Shown piece by piece: positions 61,099-64,000 of a DNA stretch of 64,000 bases. The stretch is from Schmidtea polychroa (taxonomy: Eukaryota). The stretch covers positions 88,102,001-88,166,000 of the forward strand of contig CM097886.1 of NCBI GenBank assembly GCA_044892525.1, given 5' to 3'. The notes below the pieces were generated by a model. The model made no database searches. It saw only the letters and a list, made by a program, of their open reading frames with translations, and had not been told where the DNA came from. A program made the position numbers and the translations under genes. How positions within the stretch are numbered: position 1 is the first letter of the stretch; every line of letters begins with the position of its first letter.

Positions 61099-64000
61099 AG
61101 ATGTGTGCCTGCATCAGCTCAAGCGTCTGCCGTTCCCTCTAATGAGACTGATGCTGAGAGCACAATAGATAATTACTATTTACCAATTGACGATTTTGAT
61201 CCTGAAATGTGGTTCTCTGATAATGATATTGATTGGTATCTTGAAAACCATATCGACAATCCAATGCATGGATACATCAAGTGTTTCATCGTTAATATTC
61301 TATGCTCGAATATTCAAGAAGAAATTGTTGCAATTCCACAGTCAATTACCAATGCTGAAATGATTTTTTGTCCACTTAATATAAACAATTCCCATTGGAT
61401 TCTTTTTGTATACTGTAAGAAATCAAATTCATCTTACTTTATTGATCCAATTTTTAATAACCGAAATAATCTAATCAACAAACAAATGGCTCTTAAAATG
61501 AATATTGCACTAAATAGATTTTTCAACCTCAAGATAGCAGTGTCATATCATCCGCATACAAATCTTCAATATCAAAATAACAACTTTGACTGTGGTCCAT
61601 TCACTTGCGCTTATGCAGTGATAATCAGTAAAGATTGGAACAGCTTTCCTGATGGATTCATTGAAGAAATAAGACGAAATGTTCATCGATATCAGAAACA
61701 CTTGGTTAATGGTGCACCAAATTTAATTGGAGGTGCTAAAAACAATTTAAATATGGCGACTATCAATTTCAAGAAGGCTATCGCTAAATCTAAAACTACA
61801 AATAATAATTTAAACATTACTAAAATTCTCAACAACCAAGCGCCATGTGTTTCATCACTAATTGATAAATATTATAAAGAGAATTCTAAAATCTTGGTTT
61901 TATCTGCCAATTTAACATCCAATTTAATTGCGCAAAATGACTCTTTTATAGCCGACAATGTCACCTTTAAACAATTTAAAGGAATCGATCACATTCTTGG
62001 TGTCATTCCAAAATTTAAAGATTGGTGTCTCTTCATATATTCCAGTAAACTTAACCGTAGCTACATTTTTGATTTTAATTATAGAAATATTGATGAGAGA
62101 TTGATTGAAATTGGTGAAAAGATGACCGATTATCTCAATCAATTTTGTCTTAATCGAAGAATTAAATTCATAGCTGATCATCGAATCTCGCATCCTTCCT
62201 TTCACTCTAATGACAATCAATACTTTGCAAGTTCCTTTATTGTGTTTTTTGAGAAATTTGTCTTTGAAAGACTCTTGGATTATGATAAAGTATATGATAC
62301 ACTTGGTGAATTAAAATCTCAGTCGTGCATTGAAATTTCTCCCAACTTTAATTTAATCAACGGGAAAATAACTGATAAAATTATTAATGAATACTTTATG
62401 AACCTAAAATTATCGAATAATTATATTCTCCTAAACAGAACTTTATCTGCTGCAATTTCAGATGATTGTACTCAATATTTAAATGATTTTCTAAACATTG
62501 AAGACATGATGAAGGCAAATGTAATCTTTGCAATAATTTCTCCTCCCAAGGCCCATGAATTGCTGTTGGTAATTGATTACGACACAGACGAACATTATTT
62601 TCTTAGTCCAGTGACCAATGATTTGAATGTGTTTTCTCAAGCTTTCTCTTATAACATTGTGCTCAAAATTAATGAGCTAAGACAAAGTAAAGGGCGTGCA
62701 ATGACAATTGGTCACTGCCCACATGATATAAGAGGTTCTGGTTTATTTAGCAAAATATTAATTTGTGCATTTATCAGAAACTACACTCAAGATAAATCTC
62801 TTGAAAATATTAACTTGACTGAAATTTCTGAAATAATCAACTCTCTAGTTCCAATAGTTGATAATAATGACATTGTCAAAATTGAGAGACGTGGAAAATT
62901 GAAAATTGCTAATTCTTTGAAACTAACTTTGAAGCAACGCAAAGATAGAATTGATGAGCTTTTAACTACATTGTCTAACTCTAATGTTGATGAAATTATC
63001 TCTACTATTCTGGCAAATATTCCTCATCTAGAAAATTTGCAGGATCAAGAATTTCGAGAGCCATATCTTGGGAAAAATCACAATAAACCTAAAAAATTCA
63101 ACAATTCTACTGAATTTCTGAAAAATATGAAAAAGACTGTAAACAGAATTTTAGGTAATCAGAGCGAAAAAGCTGAACCACCATTTCAGGAAATTATAAA
63201 CACTTTCACTCATCAAGATACTTTACCTGGAAGTTGGAACAACGTTTTAAACTTTAGTAAAATCTCGAAACGCTTACTTGAATTAGAAATTACTACGCCA
63301 ATGGAAATTCTTTCCAATCTTCAGGAAGCTGATAATTCTACGCCCGGACTTGATAATGTATATTATAAAGATCTTCTGTTACTTGATCCAGATTGTAAGC
63401 TTCTAGCGTTACTTTTCAACAAAGTCATTCAACTGAAATCTATCCCTACAAGTTGGAAAACTTTTAAAACAATATTAATTCCGAAACCTGATAAAAATGA
63501 CCAATACCATAAAGTATCTTCATGGCGACCAATCGCATTACTGTCAGTGATTTACAAAGTTTTCGCTTCAGTTCTTGCAACTCGTCTTAGTTTATGGATT
63601 AAAGAAAATAATCTGCTGCATATTGGCCAAAAGGGTGGTTCAGAATACGAAGGATGTATTGAACACAACTCAATTCTCTCTGCGATCGCTGCAACAAAAT
63701 GCAGACACCGAATATTCCAATTAAGAAAGGTGTAAAACAAGGCTGCCCGATCTCTATGATTCTGTTTGCAATAGCTATTAATCCGGTTCTTGAAGCTATT
63801 ACCGCATCTAACATTACACCTTTTATGATAGGCTCTTCTCAAGTACAAGTGTTAGCTTATGCTGATGACATTGCACTTATATCAACTAGCTCAACTGACC
63901 TCCAAAAGCTAATTGATGTAGCTGTAAAAACTGCCAATAATATTGGATTTGAATATCGCCCTGAAAAATGTGCATATATACAATACCCAAAACTAGAAAC
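58568..64000 (+). mobile_element. Retrotransposon copy 8 (3' part outside window), degenerate
   Basis: Same 5' junction; multiple lesions. Confidence 0.93.
61105..64000 (+). pseudogene. ORF2 with 178-bp deletion in RT (junction 63686/63687), partial
   Basis: ctgcgAT|cgctgc joins positions equivalent to 11171 and 11350 of copy 2; frameshift. Confidence 0.88.

Noticed and set aside
1-64000. Entire repetition being an assembly artefact
   Set aside because: Copies differ by many substitutions, private indels and different array lengths; local mis-phasing remains possible and needs long-read confirmation

Overview
The whole window is a eukaryotic (probably animal), AT-rich tandem array of elongator tRNA-Met(CAT) genes (241/235-bp units) that has been invaded by one site-specific non-LTR retrotransposon family. 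There are 29 intact-length tRNA genes and 7 5'-truncated ones (about 8.3 kb in total). Eight head-to-tail, same-strand element copies fill the remaining ~87% (six complete, ~7.48 kb each; two cut by the window edges). Each copy has an orphan ORF1 (845 aa, C4 zinc finger near its end) and ORF2 (1531 aa: one intact plus two degenerate Ulp1/C48-like protease domains, RT with YADD, CCHC knuckle, restriction-like endonuclease), an architecture resembling NeSL/R5-type RLE elements. All 7 visible 3' junctions fall at tRNA G19|T20, the end of the Pol III A box. All 7 visible 5' junctions fall at the same spacer base. The geometry reads either as a fixed 50-bp target deletion or as a 191-bp element-borne copy of the target that restores the tRNA gene. 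ORF1 and ORF2 are in the same frame, separated by a single UGA followed after 5 nt by a GC-rich 18-bp stem-loop, which suggests programmed readthrough into a ~2380-aa polyprotein. Copies are recombinant mosaics with shared lesions. No databases or folding programs were run; family names and novelty are inferred from motifs and need checking.
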